Origin: Lepidodermella squamata
Lineage: Eukaryota > Animalia > Gastrotricha
NCBI GenBank assembly: GCA_047495785.1
Contig: JBLDXI010000025.1
Span: forward strand, 1,240,001 to 1,304,000
DNA length: 64,000 bases
Direction: 5' to 3'
In this document: positions 43,588 to 54,480 of the stretch, piece after piece
Position numbering within the stretch: position 1 is the first letter of the stretch
How the letters are laid out: the number at the start of each line of letters is the position of its first letter
The notes under the pieces: generated by a model
Told to the model about the DNA's origin: nothing
The model's database searches: none
What the model saw: only the letters and a program-made list of their open reading frames with translations
Translations under genes and position numbers: made by a program

Positions 43588-44795
43588 ATTAGCCGGCTTC
43601 TTAAGTTTAATTTCTAAAAATAATGAAGAATTTTGGTTAAAGGACGCACGTTGAAGAAAATGTTGTGGAAGGTGAGTAGAGGGTCTACAATGACAAGCGA
43701 TTACGACCACTGATTATCGCTTGGCACCTGCTGATATCGTTTACGAACATGTATTACGCCAGCATGTATTACGGGTTCTTCACATCTATTGTTAATATGA
43801 AGAATTCTTTTATCGAGCCCTGATCCTCGAACTGTGAACTCCTGTTAATGAAAGAAAACCCTGATCCATTGAAAACTATTTTCTCAAATAATATTAGCAC
43901 TCAGCACTACAAGAATTTTCCTATCTACACGATATCTACACGAGTTTTTTAACGGTGGCAATTTCAACTGAACTTTTAGGAAGGAATTTAGAGAATACCT
44001 TATTGCCGGATATTATTGTGAATCAAGAAGGCGTAGCAGCCTTCAATTCTCAAATAAAGAGTAAGTGAAGCATGCAATCATACTTTGACAGTGTCTCAAA
44101 TTTCTGTTACGTATATAGCGTGCGGTTTGAAGTAAGGAACGTTTTTGCTTTTCAAATCACCCAGATTTTATTATTCATAAAAAACCATCGTGACATTTTA
44201 AAATAACGACTCCTTTCAAATGCTTTCAACGCGAACGCGAGGGTGCAGCCTACTGCTGGCAGGATGGATATTTCCGGCGAGAGGCTGCGAGGAATTGCGA
44301 GCCGACGCCTTTTTATCTGAAGTTTCAAGCTAGTACCTTTTTACCTTTTAAACTATGGGCCTCGAAAACATGAGACGTGCTTTGCCTTGACGCGAAAGGG
44401 TTCAGACAGCCCATGAAATCAATGACCGAAATGCATCAAGTTTATGCTGACTTTTAAAATTCCAAACTTGGTTTGCTGGTTCCACTGATTTTGGACAAAC
44501 GAATAAAAATCAATTATCAATTGTACCGCAGAAGCGCAATCTCAACAAGTGGCAGCCCAACCAATGCACTATTTCCTCTGCTTTTTCCACATGTTCGTTT
44601 TGCCTTGACCTGGAAAATCGCATAATTAAGGGCTGCAATTTTGACAATCAAGCGCGAACGATTTCTAGCAATATTTTTCATTTAAAGAGAAATTAGAATT
44701 TTAGAAATAAAATATATTGGCTCAAGATTGTTTCCTTTCTGGAATTTTACAGTTCGGAAAAGTGGCTCGGTCATGAATGTTTGTTTTACGCTGAA

Positions 44796-45270
44796 ATGAT
44801 GAAATCAAGTCAGAGCTTACTTTTAGCACCAGCTTTGCTCAATCGCTCAGAAGCCATATAACTTGACTGTTACGTCAATGTTCCCATTCACTGGAGTAGC
44901 TTTGAGTTTCCGAATAACGTGCCTTTGAAGCCGTCGTTGGGCATTTCAACAAACGCCGCGACATGTTAGGAGACTACAACATTATCCTGCAAACAGCAGA
45001 TGAATCCAACGGCATCTTGAATCTCATGCAAATTGCAAATTATGCTCGTTCAATGGAAGAGACTTCATTTTCATTTCCATCTCGGCCAGTTTTAGGCGAT
45101 GGATTTTCCTCGTGTGTAATTAGGGGCGCCCCCTTGCTGAAACCCCTTAATCTAATCCAAATATGCTATGCATGTACTGCACCGGCTTTGGCGGACCATA
45201 TTCGTTACCCAAACCTCTGGTTGCCAATGGCCGCCGGAGATGTTCTAGCCATGGTAATTGTCCAATTCAC
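44796..45270 (+). pseudogene. 5' fragment of a class C GPCR paralog (37890-type)
   Basis: QKPYNLTVTSMFPFTG then frameshifts; ADESNG...YPNLWLPMAAGDVLAMVIVQF, then homology ends. Confidence 0.85.
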
Positions 45271-45631
45271 TCCGTTCTCTATGGAAAAATTCGGAACTTA
45301 CCATGATTTCCTCAAAATTATTTGGGCATATGATCATTATCACAAATCGCATAAATTTGGGTAATATGCATTCTTCACTATATTTTCAGACTTTCAGACT
45401 AGTTCAGTTTATTACGATAAGAAATGCCATGATGAGACAAACAACGCGCGCTGGCAAGCAATTTCGGCCATATCTAGTACTTTGAAAGACATCGATCAGG
45501 TCACGAAATGAGGGGTGAAATTTTGAAGCCTGTGCACGTAGCAAAACGAAACAGCCAATTATTTGAGTATACATATAGACACACGAAAACGATTTCGAAT
45601 GGAGTTAACAAAGATTGTTGTTCCTTTTTCA

Positions 45632-48013
45632 ATGAAATTCTGGTCGACTTTGATTGCATTCTCAAGCCTAGTCATGGCTTGCTGTGCCATCAAACCGTAC
45701 AATATGACCCTAATGCAAATTTTTCTGTTCTCAGGCATAACGCCTGGCTACGGAAACGTCTGCCGAGCTTCTGCCGAAATAGTCATCGATCTTGTGAATC
45801 GAAGAAACGACATTCTGCCAGATTATAACATCATCTCCGATTTCGAGGACGAAATGGTGGGGAAAAACGTAGCTCGATTGGTTGCAATGTATTCTCAATC
45901 AGTTCTCGACTCGGCAGGTCCGATGTATTACTCTCCTCTGATTCTTGGCAGTGCCATGTCTTCCGGGGTCGCTAGAAGTGCCCCGCTTTTCAAACCGCTC
46001 AATTTAATTCAAATGTGCTACTCCTGTAGTGCTGCTTACCTAGCAGACCATTTAAAATATCCCAATCTGTGGCTCACATGGTCGACTGGGGATCTTTCAG
46101 CAATGTCTATTGTTACATTTATTGCCAAAGTCGGAAACTGGAAACGTATCGGGATTCTCACGTCTCCGTTGAATTCCTACGACTACTCCACGGCTACTTG
46201 GATTCTGAAAATCGCCATGGAGGCCAAAATAGAAGTTCCTGTATTCAATATTCGGCTTGAATTTGACGAAGAATCTGTAGCGCCGTTTCTAGATCACGAT
46301 TTGAGAATACTTTCTGTCGCGAATACGCATACGGAGGACGTTTGGAAGTTTTACTGTATGGCTTACAAGAAAGGAATACGGGGACCGAAATATGTCTTTT
46401 TCCTTGACTCAGTCAGCTACCTAGAGGCTAAACTTCTCCCCGAAGAAATAATTCCAGGCTGTCATAAGAGCGTCGTGATTGAACAATATCAAAACGTTAT
46501 CTGGTTTTCATCGGCCCTACAAAATCTCGATCCGACCCAGAAATCTGAGCTCGGCTACGATTCGGTAGAATTCGACCGAATGCTTGATCGCTACATGTCC
46601 GATCGAAACATCTCGAAATCGCAAGACTATGCTGGATTCAGAACAACATGCCACGACACGACTCTCAAAGGCATAATTTCCTTACATAATGCTGATAAAA
46701 AACTTCAGAAATTAGGAATGTCGCTGAGAGACTATAGGAATTATTCAGAAATCGTCGCAAAAGTGGTGAACGATTCTGTTGCGACATCGAGAGTGGCTGG
46801 AATCCGAATCGGGCCTATGCAGTACAGCGACAGAGGACAGGTTGATGACGATCAGTTGGTTGTTATGTATCTGGATCCGAAGAAGGGATTGCTGAATCAC
46901 TACGCTCTAAAACGCTTCCGAAACTCCACAACATTCAGCGTTGAATCCTTCTATTTTGATAAGCTGGTGCCATTCAAATGGGTGGCTTGGAATGGGGTCC
47001 CTCGAGATTCTATGATTTTCACGGCTATAACTGCTGACGTTAGTTTATCTGGCCTCATAGCGATCGCGATCATTTGTTCCCTAGTTGCCCTGATTGATGT
47101 ATTGGGACTGATCTTCATTTGCTTGAGACATTCAGCATTATGCTGTGCTTTACCGATTTCCAAGGCCATAGGATTGATTGCTTGTATTCTCATAAATATT
47201 ACAGCGATCCTTAACGCTGCTGGAAATGATTCAAAACCTCTGACCTTTTCAAATCTAAGGATAGTTTTCATCGTTATCGGCTTGAGTCTGTTTAACGGGT
47301 CGATCGGACTTCGATCAATGTCACCATCTCGAATTTTCGAAATTGCCCACAGTTCTCCAACGCAAAAGACCAGGTACAAACTTACGGCAACTGCAAGCCA
47401 TGCTAAGGGCCAAGTAACTCTGCAACAGCTCAAATATGTCGATTTATTCATTGCTAAAGCCACCCTCAGTTTAGCTTTGATTTTTGTAGTCATCGTCATA
47501 ATTTGGTTAACTAGCGATCCACTCCTATGTAAAACGGAAGTAATGGGAGGAGTTCCGGTTTATCAGTCAACTTCGGACACATTTCTGAAAACTTTCGTAA
47601 CGAGCTGCGCATCTTCAAATCATACTATTTGGGCATCTGTGCTGATCTTCGTCAATTTGATCTTCTTAATTGTAGCCGCGATTTCTTATTACCAGTTTAA
47701 GCAAAGAAAGCTTAACATCCCAGCCCTAGACAGCTTGATTGATATCCCAATCAATCTTATGATATCGATATCGGTATATTTGGCTGCTGCCCTAATTATT
47801 CTGATCTTGAGAGATCCTATCAGTCAGCGGCTTGTTATTGCTATTGCATGCCTGATCTTATCAGCGGCTTCAACTGCTGCATGGCTGATTCCTCATTTTT
47901 CAAGTATCGATTTAAGCGAAAATTCCCCGATGGACATTATCGTGATTAGCAAGGTTCGAAATGACCACTCAAAGTTCTCAGAGTTGGGGGGTGACGGGAA
48001 ACATTCGACATGA
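45632..48013 (+). CDS. Class C GPCR, GABA-B-like, single exon
   Basis: ORF 45563-48013; probable ATG 45632 (MKFWSTLIAF); family motifs and 7TM. Confidence 0.9.
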   Translation: MKFWSTLIAFSSLVMACCAIKPYNMTLMQIFLFSGITPGYGNVCRASAEIVIDLVNRRNDILPDYNIISDFEDEMVGKNVARLVAMYSQSVLDSAGPMYYSPLILGSAMSSGVARSAPLFKPLNLIQMCYSCSAAYLADHLKYPNLWLTWSTGDLSAMSIVTFIAKVGNWKRIGILTSPLNSYDYSTATWILKIAMEAKIEVPVFNIRLEFDEESVAPFLDHDLRILSVANTHTEDVWKFYCMAYKKGIRGPKYVFFLDSVSYLEAKLLPEEIIPGCHKSVVIEQYQNVIWFSSALQNLDPTQKSELGYDSVEFDRMLDRYMSDRNISKSQDYAGFRTTCHDTTLKGIISLHNADKKLQKLGMSLRDYRNYSEIVAKVVNDSVATSRVAGIRIGPMQYSDRGQVDDDQLVVMYLDPKKGLLNHYALKRFRNSTTFSVESFYFDKLVPFKWVAWNGVPRDSMIFTAITADVSLSGLIAIAIICSLVALIDVLGLIFICLRHSALCCALPISKAIGLIACILINITAILNAAGNDSKPLTFSNLRIVFIVIGLSLFNGSIGLRSMSPSRIFEIAHSSPTQKTRYKLTATASHAKGQVTLQQLKYVDLFIAKATLSLALIFVVIVIIWLTSDPLLCKTEVMGGVPVYQSTSDTFLKTFVTSCASSNHTIWASVLIFVNLIFLIVAAISYYQFKQRKLNIPALDSLIDIPINLMISISVYLAAALIILILRDPISQRLVIAIACLILSAASTAAWLIPHFSSIDLSENSPMDIIVISKVRNDHSKFSELGGDGKHST

Positions 48014-48060
48014 CTGAGAATTCATTAACCTCACTACAGACTTTATTTCATCTAATAAGA

Positions 48061-48636
48061 CTAATTATTAGCTTTGTCAGCTTGCTGGCACACGTTCTTG
48101 TAAAAATTCGCATCTGCCGCAATTTTCCTTAGCAATTTGACGAGATTGCGATGCTGACGATAAAACTCAGCATCGGGCGGGGGCTGGGCATTGCGCATTC
48201 CAAGCGTCACATTACCGATGATTGCTTGCCACCGCCTCGAAGCGACCTCCTCCGCTGGATTTCGCCCTAACGCTAATGACGCCGAGTACTGCAGAAGATT
48301 GGCTTTCACGCAAAGAGCAGATTGAATTTTACGGCAGTTCTTAACGAGCCCAGACGAAGCGAATGACATATAGAACGTGACGTTATCGTGTTGCTGTTGA
48401 TGTTGATCGTCGCAAAATCGGGTTCGTAAAATGTGCCCTGTCATCAGGGCAACAATTTTGTCCTGCACTCTGTTATGTTTCTTCGTAACCTTATGGTGCG
48501 CTCGTTCAACATAATGCTGGTAATCTCGGGTTTGACCAACTGCATTCACTGGAACTAGTTCTATCTCTACAAAAGTTAACTTAGCGCTTGCTAATTCGCT
48601 AAAGATGAATGCTGAAATTATAAAATGGAAATACAT
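48061..48636 (-). CDS. Small secreted 4-Cys family member 1 (subgroup A)
   Basis: Signal peptide; LRTRFC...CRKIQSALCVKA...ADANFYKNVC. Confidence 0.85.
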   Translation of the reverse strand: MYFHFIISAFIFSELASAKLTFVEIELVPVNAVGQTRDYQHYVERAHHKVTKKHNRVQDKIVALMTGHILRTRFCDDQHQQQHDNVTFYMSFASSGLVKNCRKIQSALCVKANLLQYSASLALGRNPAEEVASRRWQAIIGNVTLGMRNAQPPPDAEFYRQHRNLVKLLRKIAADANFYKNVCQQADKANN

Positions 48637-48672
48637 TTTTTTGGAAAAATGACTAGTTTATTAGCTCGACTG

Positions 48673-49212
48673 TCACTGATTGTTTGCTTGTTGACACACA
48701 AGTCGGAATAAACGAGCGTCATTTACGAGATTGCGCCACAATTTGATGAGGTTGCTCCTGTTTTTGCCGGCGTCATTTGCGGCCTTAATTGACTCGCGCG
48801 ATGCAAAATAGTGCAGGACATTCGACTTCATGCAGAGGGCATCTCGCTTCTGGCTGCATCGTCGGTTAAGCTCGGACGCCGCCAAATTAGCCGGGACGAA
48901 AGCTTTTTCCAGTTTCAGGTCGCAGAACTTGCCGCGGAAGTAGGCGGCGCTGAGGATGACCGTTCTGACGTTTGCATCTTCCTTTGCAGTAGCCAGGTCT
49001 TGCTCCGGCAGAGTGCACGGTGACTCTTGACTAGATTCCTTATTTTCAGCAACCATTGGAGTTGCGAGTTTGTTTTCGATAAGTTCTCGACCCATGTCGC
49101 CCGCCACTTTCTCCAGCTCTCCAAACCGTAATTTCTCAGGGGCTTCATTTGCGGAACAACTCGCCAGCAGAAGATGGCAGACAGTTAGTAGCTTTATTAG
49201 ACCTTTTCGCAT
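48673..49212 (-). CDS. Small secreted 4-Cys family member 2 (A)
   Basis: Signal peptide; AAYFRGKFC...CSQKRDALCMKS...NDARLFRLVC. Confidence 0.85.
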   Translation of the reverse strand: MRKGLIKLLTVCHLLLASCSANEAPEKLRFGELEKVAGDMGRELIENKLATPMVAENKESSQESPCTLPEQDLATAKEDANVRTVILSAAYFRGKFCDLKLEKAFVPANLAASELNRRCSQKRDALCMKSNVLHYFASRESIKAANDAGKNRSNLIKLWRNLVNDARLFRLVCQQANNQ

Positions 49213-51488
49213 TTTGTATAATTTGAAAGAATAAGAACGAAATAACGAATAAGAGTCAAAGCAGAGCCTTATGAACGCAACAGACGTCCGCTTTCAAATT
49301 ACACTGCGATCTCTCACCGCACAATATGATGAAGCCTCCTACTCAATCAATTTGCTTAAAAATGATGTTTAGTTTGGGCGCTTTTATTCGGTACAGTTGG
49401 ACACCGATACATCAGCGGAGATGAGAATCGAGAAGAAGGATTACGATTCTAGGCATTGGAGGAGGCGGGTTTTATGAAACCACAGATATTTTTAGTTCTA
49501 GCGTAAATTTAAAATTGCGCATTTCCAAATCCCAATTGGAAGCCCCATCGGGTTGCGCAATAGTAAGAACTAGTGGACCTGTGTCACAAATTTGTAATGT
49601 TTATCGAAAACGCTAAAAATACTATGCTCCCACGATATCTGCAAGGGGGCGTTATCCACGCGGTTTCAATTTTCGAGAACTGTGGTTATGTAGAGGGCGG
49701 TAAAAGACCTCAAGTGCATCACTGCTGGGACGACGATGTTGTACTGGTTAGCTATTTCTGGTTTAACCTAAAATGGCTGAATGAGAATTTAGCTAACTTG
49801 TATATATTATCGCTGACATTTATCACTTTTCAATGATGCCATCAAAGTAGTTTCGATTTTGAGAAAAGCCTTCGACATGTAATTTCCTTCTGACGTGGAG
49901 CTTTATTCTACCAATTCCACGGGCAATTTTCAAGATTTGAAGGTATTTCTGTTTTTTTTTTACCTTAAAGGAGCATACCGTATTTTACGAATTATAAGAC
50001 CCTGCCCTGTATTTTTTCAAACGGGGTTCAAGTCCTGCTCTGTAATTAGGGTCTGCCCTTTAATTTTTCGAGCCTAATCAGTTACCTGAAGATTACCTAG
50101 ATCAACAGTTAAAACTAAAACCGCCGAATAGCCACTATAGCTACTGTCTTCCACCTGTGACTACATGCGTGAGGTGTTTGCTCAAGTGAATTAAGGTGGA
50201 TAAAGGACGATTAGCGCACTGAAGAAAAATCGCAACCATTCCAACTTCAACCAGTTGCCCAGCAGGCGCTTATGCAAGCCGCGTCATACAAGGCCCTGCC
50301 TATTAATACGGTTCTGTCCTTTATTATTTCAAATGGCCGTTACCCTCTGCTCCAGCATTTTTGAGACTCCAGCACAAGATTTCCCTTAAATATGTCTTCT
50401 TTGAAATCTCAATGTTTTGTTATAATGCCTAGCCAATAGATCTACAAATTTCGTGTATTTTCCGCTATGAGCGATCAGATAATGAGGTACCTTCAGCCAG
50501 CAGAGCCGATATCCACAATCCATGTATCGATCTCACAAATCAGTGGTTTTTCCGATACCTGCAGTCGTGGAAGCCAACATCGCTAATTGTCCTGCGAAGT
50601 TTGGGCGCCAGGTAGCTAAAATAACAAATGCTAGGTTCAGGGAGGGCATCAGCATCGATCGAAAAATGAAAACGCCGAAAATTAATACTCGTTTTTAGTG
50701 GTGCAATTGTTTGGATTCCAAAAAGAAATTTCACGATAGTTTTTTATCTAGCACATGACTTCTTTCATCCTGTAAAATGAATAATTTCACCGATGAATGA
50801 AAATACGATAAAAAATAACCTGAAACTGAATTGCAATCTCGCTGCGAGGAATAACATCAGTTTGGGAGCGGCTTCCATTTCTCCATTTCTCAAGTATCAT
50901 TGAAGTCTATGTAGATGGCGAATATATTTCGCCCTATGCATGTTTCCTGAGCCTTTTTCGACTGGGACCTACTTTTAAAAGTCGCCTCAAAGATTTAAGA
51001 CAGATCGTTTGTATTACATTTTTGTTTTTAAATCAATCTTTCAATCAATTTCGGGATTTGAATTAGTTTGTATTGTCCGACTGAAAGAAAAACACTTCGT
51101 CGTCTCCTATCCTCCTATGTTAACCTTATAAATCCCCTAGTTTTTCAAGCGATATATTTTTGATAAGCTGACATTATACTCCGCATCGAAATATGATCTT
51201 TGGGATAGGTGCGAGCCATGCGAGTACAGATTTAGAAATGTTGAGTGGAATATACAAATCAGCCCGCTCCCCAGCTTAAATTATCAGGATTAAATTTTCG
51301 CCATTTAGTACCACCAACTTAGAGCAGGAAAAATGTATAGTTGTAGTTTGTATAGATTCTATATTGCATTTTCTATATTGCAATTAAACACTATGTATGT
51401 AGGTATCTAGAGTAATTTGGATGCTATTCCTATCGATGAAAGGATTAAAGAGCGAAGCCTCGGGCGGCTGAACATCATTTTTATTCGA

Positions 51489-51878
51489 TCATAGAAGGCA
51501 CAATTCATTGAAAAGCTTCCAATCAGAACGGAATGTATCTTCCAATCTAAGTAACTCCTTCGCTTGTTTCTTCTGCATTGCTGCAAAATGCATGATGGAG
51601 GCTTTCGCACACATCATGGATCGAAAATTGAAGCAGATGCTCGATCGATTGATAGCGCTTCCATATTTCTGCATACAGTTTTTCAACCTGAATTCATTCG
51701 CGACAATCTGAGCAGAATTTTTCTCGGGGGCGTTGTAAGTTGAATCACTAAGCGTTTTGATCGACTCGGGAGGGTAGCCATCGCCTACTGCAGCTTGAGT
51801 GAACCCAACGAGAAATTTCAACAAAAAGGCTGAAACAATGAGAGGAGACCAAGTGGAAGCATTGTTAAACTTAGTCAT
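51489..51878 (-). CDS. Small secreted 4-Cys family member 3 (A)
   Basis: Probable ATG 51878; signal peptide; ANEFRLKNC...CFNFRSMMCAKA...SDWKLFNELC. Confidence 0.8.
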   Translation of the reverse strand: MTKFNNASTWSPLIVSAFLLKFLVGFTQAAVGDGYPPESIKTLSDSTYNAPEKNSAQIVANEFRLKNCMQKYGSAINRSSICFNFRSMMCAKASIMHFAAMQKKQAKELLRLEDTFRSDWKLFNELCLL

Positions 51879-52081
51879 AGTTCGAATATATACAGGAAAT
51901 TGCGCCAACCTATTTTTCAGTTTGGGACTGAGGAAGCCTCTTGACTGCCTCTGAATCAATATTTTCGTGCGAGTAAATGAGGTCATCTAGTTATTTTTGA
52001 GGCATATACACTTTATTATACCAGTTACGCCAAAAACAACACAGAAAAACAGCGAAATTAGGCCACAATAAAACACGTGGC

Positions 52082-52681
52082 CTACCTATTTGCATATCCA
52101 CAAACACTTGAGTAGAAAAGCGCGTCATTGATTACATTTTGCAGCAGTTTATCCACGTAGTTTGCGTCGACATTTTTTATCAAATGGCTTTTCTTGCTGG
52201 GGTCTAGAAAGATGGCCGCCTTTTGGCAGAGGATTTTCCGCCTCATTGAGCAATCAGAAACTAGTTTTTTGGTCCTAGTAGGCTGTCCATAGTCTGCGCA
52301 TAGCTGGCTGATAAGGTAGGCCCCAGTGCCGTATCCAAAATCATCGTTCTCTTCTTCATCATCTGCTTCGTAGCTCAAATCCACTTGTTTCGTAGTCGCG
52401 GTTACATGCTTAACTTGTGTGACGGCAGTTTCATTGATATGAGGGTGCTTAGTCGTCGAGTTTTGGTGATAAAATTCGACTGTAGCATTGTGAGCAATTC
52501 CATTAAATGCTGTGCTGACAACTCGAGCTAGTACTCCGAAGAAAATTCCGAAAAATACGAAAAATGATACTACAAAAATAACAGTAGCAGGGTGGTTGCA
52601 AATTTTTAGAAGTTGCTGCTTTGGCCCTGACTTTTCTCGAGTTATCCGCTTGATAACAGTGCCTTTTCTATTCAGAACCAT
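52082..52681 (-). CDS. 4-Cys family member 4 (A), type II membrane-anchored form
   Basis: Basic N-terminus, internal TM (VIFVVSFFVFFGIFFGVLA), Thr-rich stalk with N-glycosylation sequons, acidic patch, then LC...CSMRRKILCQKA...NDALFYSSVC. Confidence 0.8.
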   Translation of the reverse strand: MVLNRKGTVIKRITREKSGPKQQLLKICNHPATVIFVVSFFVFFGIFFGVLARVVSTAFNGIAHNATVEFYHQNSTTKHPHINETAVTQVKHVTATTKQVDLSYEADDEEENDDFGYGTGAYLISQLCADYGQPTRTKKLVSDCSMRRKILCQKAAIFLDPSKKSHLIKNVDANYVDKLLQNVINDALFYSSVCGYANR

Positions 52682-52883
52682 GATTTTTCGACGAAAATAT
52701 TCATAAGGACAAATACGGTCAGTAGTATCACCTCATGTGACGCGAAAACAGGTCATTGTTTACTCAGATCTCACCCGCTGAGAGTGATGCTCCCTGATTT
52801 TTATTTGTGTAATGCAAGCGGGAAGTTTATTCAATGAATTCGAATTAAAAATGAATAAATTCATGTGCGGCTGCGTCTGTTTT

Positions 52884-53321
52884 TCACGCCCGGCGGCCGC
52901 ATACGTTGTCGTAGTACAACGTGTCGGCGGCTAAATCCGTAGTAAGAGTCGTTAGCGCATTCGACTTCGTTGGACCACCTGCGCTCGCCGCTTTCGATGC
53001 TGTGAAGTAGAGAATAGTTGCCTTAGCGCAGATGAGACTGCGAATTTTCTGGCATCGACCTGCAAGTGACGGCGCTAGCATCATCGAAGGACCGCTGTTG
53101 TCCTGATTAGCCGATGGAGTGATCCCGCGGCAAAAAGTAGCTCGATAGTGATCGGCCGCTTGCATAGCTGCAACTTGGCGCTGCTGGCGCATTGAAGGCT
53201 GAATTATGGCATCCGAGGGATCGGCCAAATCTCTCAGCGTTTCCTCCTGCTCAAAAAGGCTGCATTTGACGCATTGAGCAGCGAGGATAGAAACAAGCAG
53301 AAAATTGATGAAAAATCGCAT
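52884..53321 (-). CDS. Small secreted 4-Cys family member 5 (A)
   Basis: ATG 53321 signal peptide; RQQR site; AADHYRATFC...CQKIRSLICAKA...ADTLYYDNVCGRRA. Confidence 0.87.
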   Translation of the reverse strand: MRFFINFLLVSILAAQCVKCSLFEQEETLRDLADPSDAIIQPSMRQQRQVAAMQAADHYRATFCRGITPSANQDNSGPSMMLAPSLAGRCQKIRSLICAKATILYFTASKAASAGGPTKSNALTTLTTDLAADTLYYDNVCGRRA

Positions 53322-53868
53322 CTTACAAGCTAAAATGTACAAAATGTGACTGAGTGCGGTGTAAAGGTATTGTGGGATCTTGATTAAAATTTTCCATTTA
53401 TCAAGGAATGTTAGGTGCAGATTTTCACAAACAGTAAGGAATGGCGAGGTGTTATATTCCCGCTTTCAACTGAAGTGACATTTCTTGTAGGAACTGCAAG
53501 GCTTTGTGACATTTATCAGCTATTCTTGGAATAAAATGAGAGATAGCCATAGTTACCAGCGTTAGTCGTTATGAATATTTAAAATAATTATGGCATGCTT
53601 TTGATCCGGATGAATGACGATTCCGAAGAAAATAGCGGAAAAACAAACGTTTTTTGAATTAATCGCGTTTTTTATCTCTCACAACGCGTGATTATCCTAA
53701 GAGATACGTCATTAGCCTTAAGAATACGCGAGGGAGGCTGAACCTATAGGGACGTTTTGCAAAACAAGTCTCGAGTTTCAATAAAATCTTTTATTTGAGG
53801 GACCTTGCAGAGAGTCCTTCTTTATGTGATAGGTATAAAGAACAAGAACTAAGTAAATGTGTTAAAAA

Positions 53869-54480
53869 CTAAAATCGCCCGCAAACATTGGCATAGTATA
53901 ACACATCTGCGACAAAATTTTCAAGTAGCCGATCGATTTCGGCCTGCCGTGGCATTAGTGGAACGTTTTTGCCCATTGTTGTCGTCACGTAGGTGTTACT
54001 TGACAGTCCATTACGCGCGTAATGCAGAATGGTTGCCTTAGCGCAGACGAGTCGCTTAATCTTTTGACACCGCAGAGCTAAACTCGGTCCAAGCATCATC
54101 GATGCAGAAGACACCATCGCTGATGGGTTGGCTGCTGAGCTGCAGTGCCGTTGGCGGAATGATTCAGCGTCTCGAAAAGCTGATTCTCGCAATTGTTCGT
54201 TCATACTGATGGTTGGAAGTGGTTCTTCCACCTTGTTGCTGTTGTAGTTTGATCTTGCCCGATGCGGCGCCCTCTTAGTCGGCATAACTTTGTCTCCGTA
54301 TATCATTGGAGGGTTGTAGCCCTTACCATAACTTTCCAGTCTTTTGCCCACAACATTTGCGACGGTCGGATTTAGAAAATAGGCAGAGCTAGGCACCTTT
54401 TCACCGGATCTTCTCAATGCAGCAGAACCGTGGAAGAAGAGGACGACGAATAAAACTAACAGCTCGACTTTGATGAACAT
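53869..54480 (-). CDS. Small secreted 4-Cys family member 6 (A)
   Basis: Signal peptide; AESFRQRHC...CQKIKRLVCAKA...ADVLYYANVCGRF; shares SMMLxPSLAxRCQKI with member 5. Confidence 0.87.
   Translation of the reverse strand: MFIKVELLVLFVVLFFHGSAALRRSGEKVPSSAYFLNPTVANVVGKRLESYGKGYNPPMIYGDKVMPTKRAPHRARSNYNSNKVEEPLPTISMNEQLRESAFRDAESFRQRHCSSAANPSAMVSSASMMLGPSLALRCQKIKRLVCAKATILHYARNGLSSNTYVTTTMGKNVPLMPRQAEIDRLLENFVADVLYYANVCGRF

Noticed and set aside
1105-48013. Assigning GABBR1/GABBR2 symbols to the receptors
   Set aside because: Architecture is GABA-B-like but ligand-site residues, TM3 Cys and coiled-coil tail differ; orthology is unsupported
49976-50312. Possible pogo/mariner-like relic (TACCGTATTTT...AATACGGT)
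   Set aside because: Terminal match too short and no coding remnant recognised
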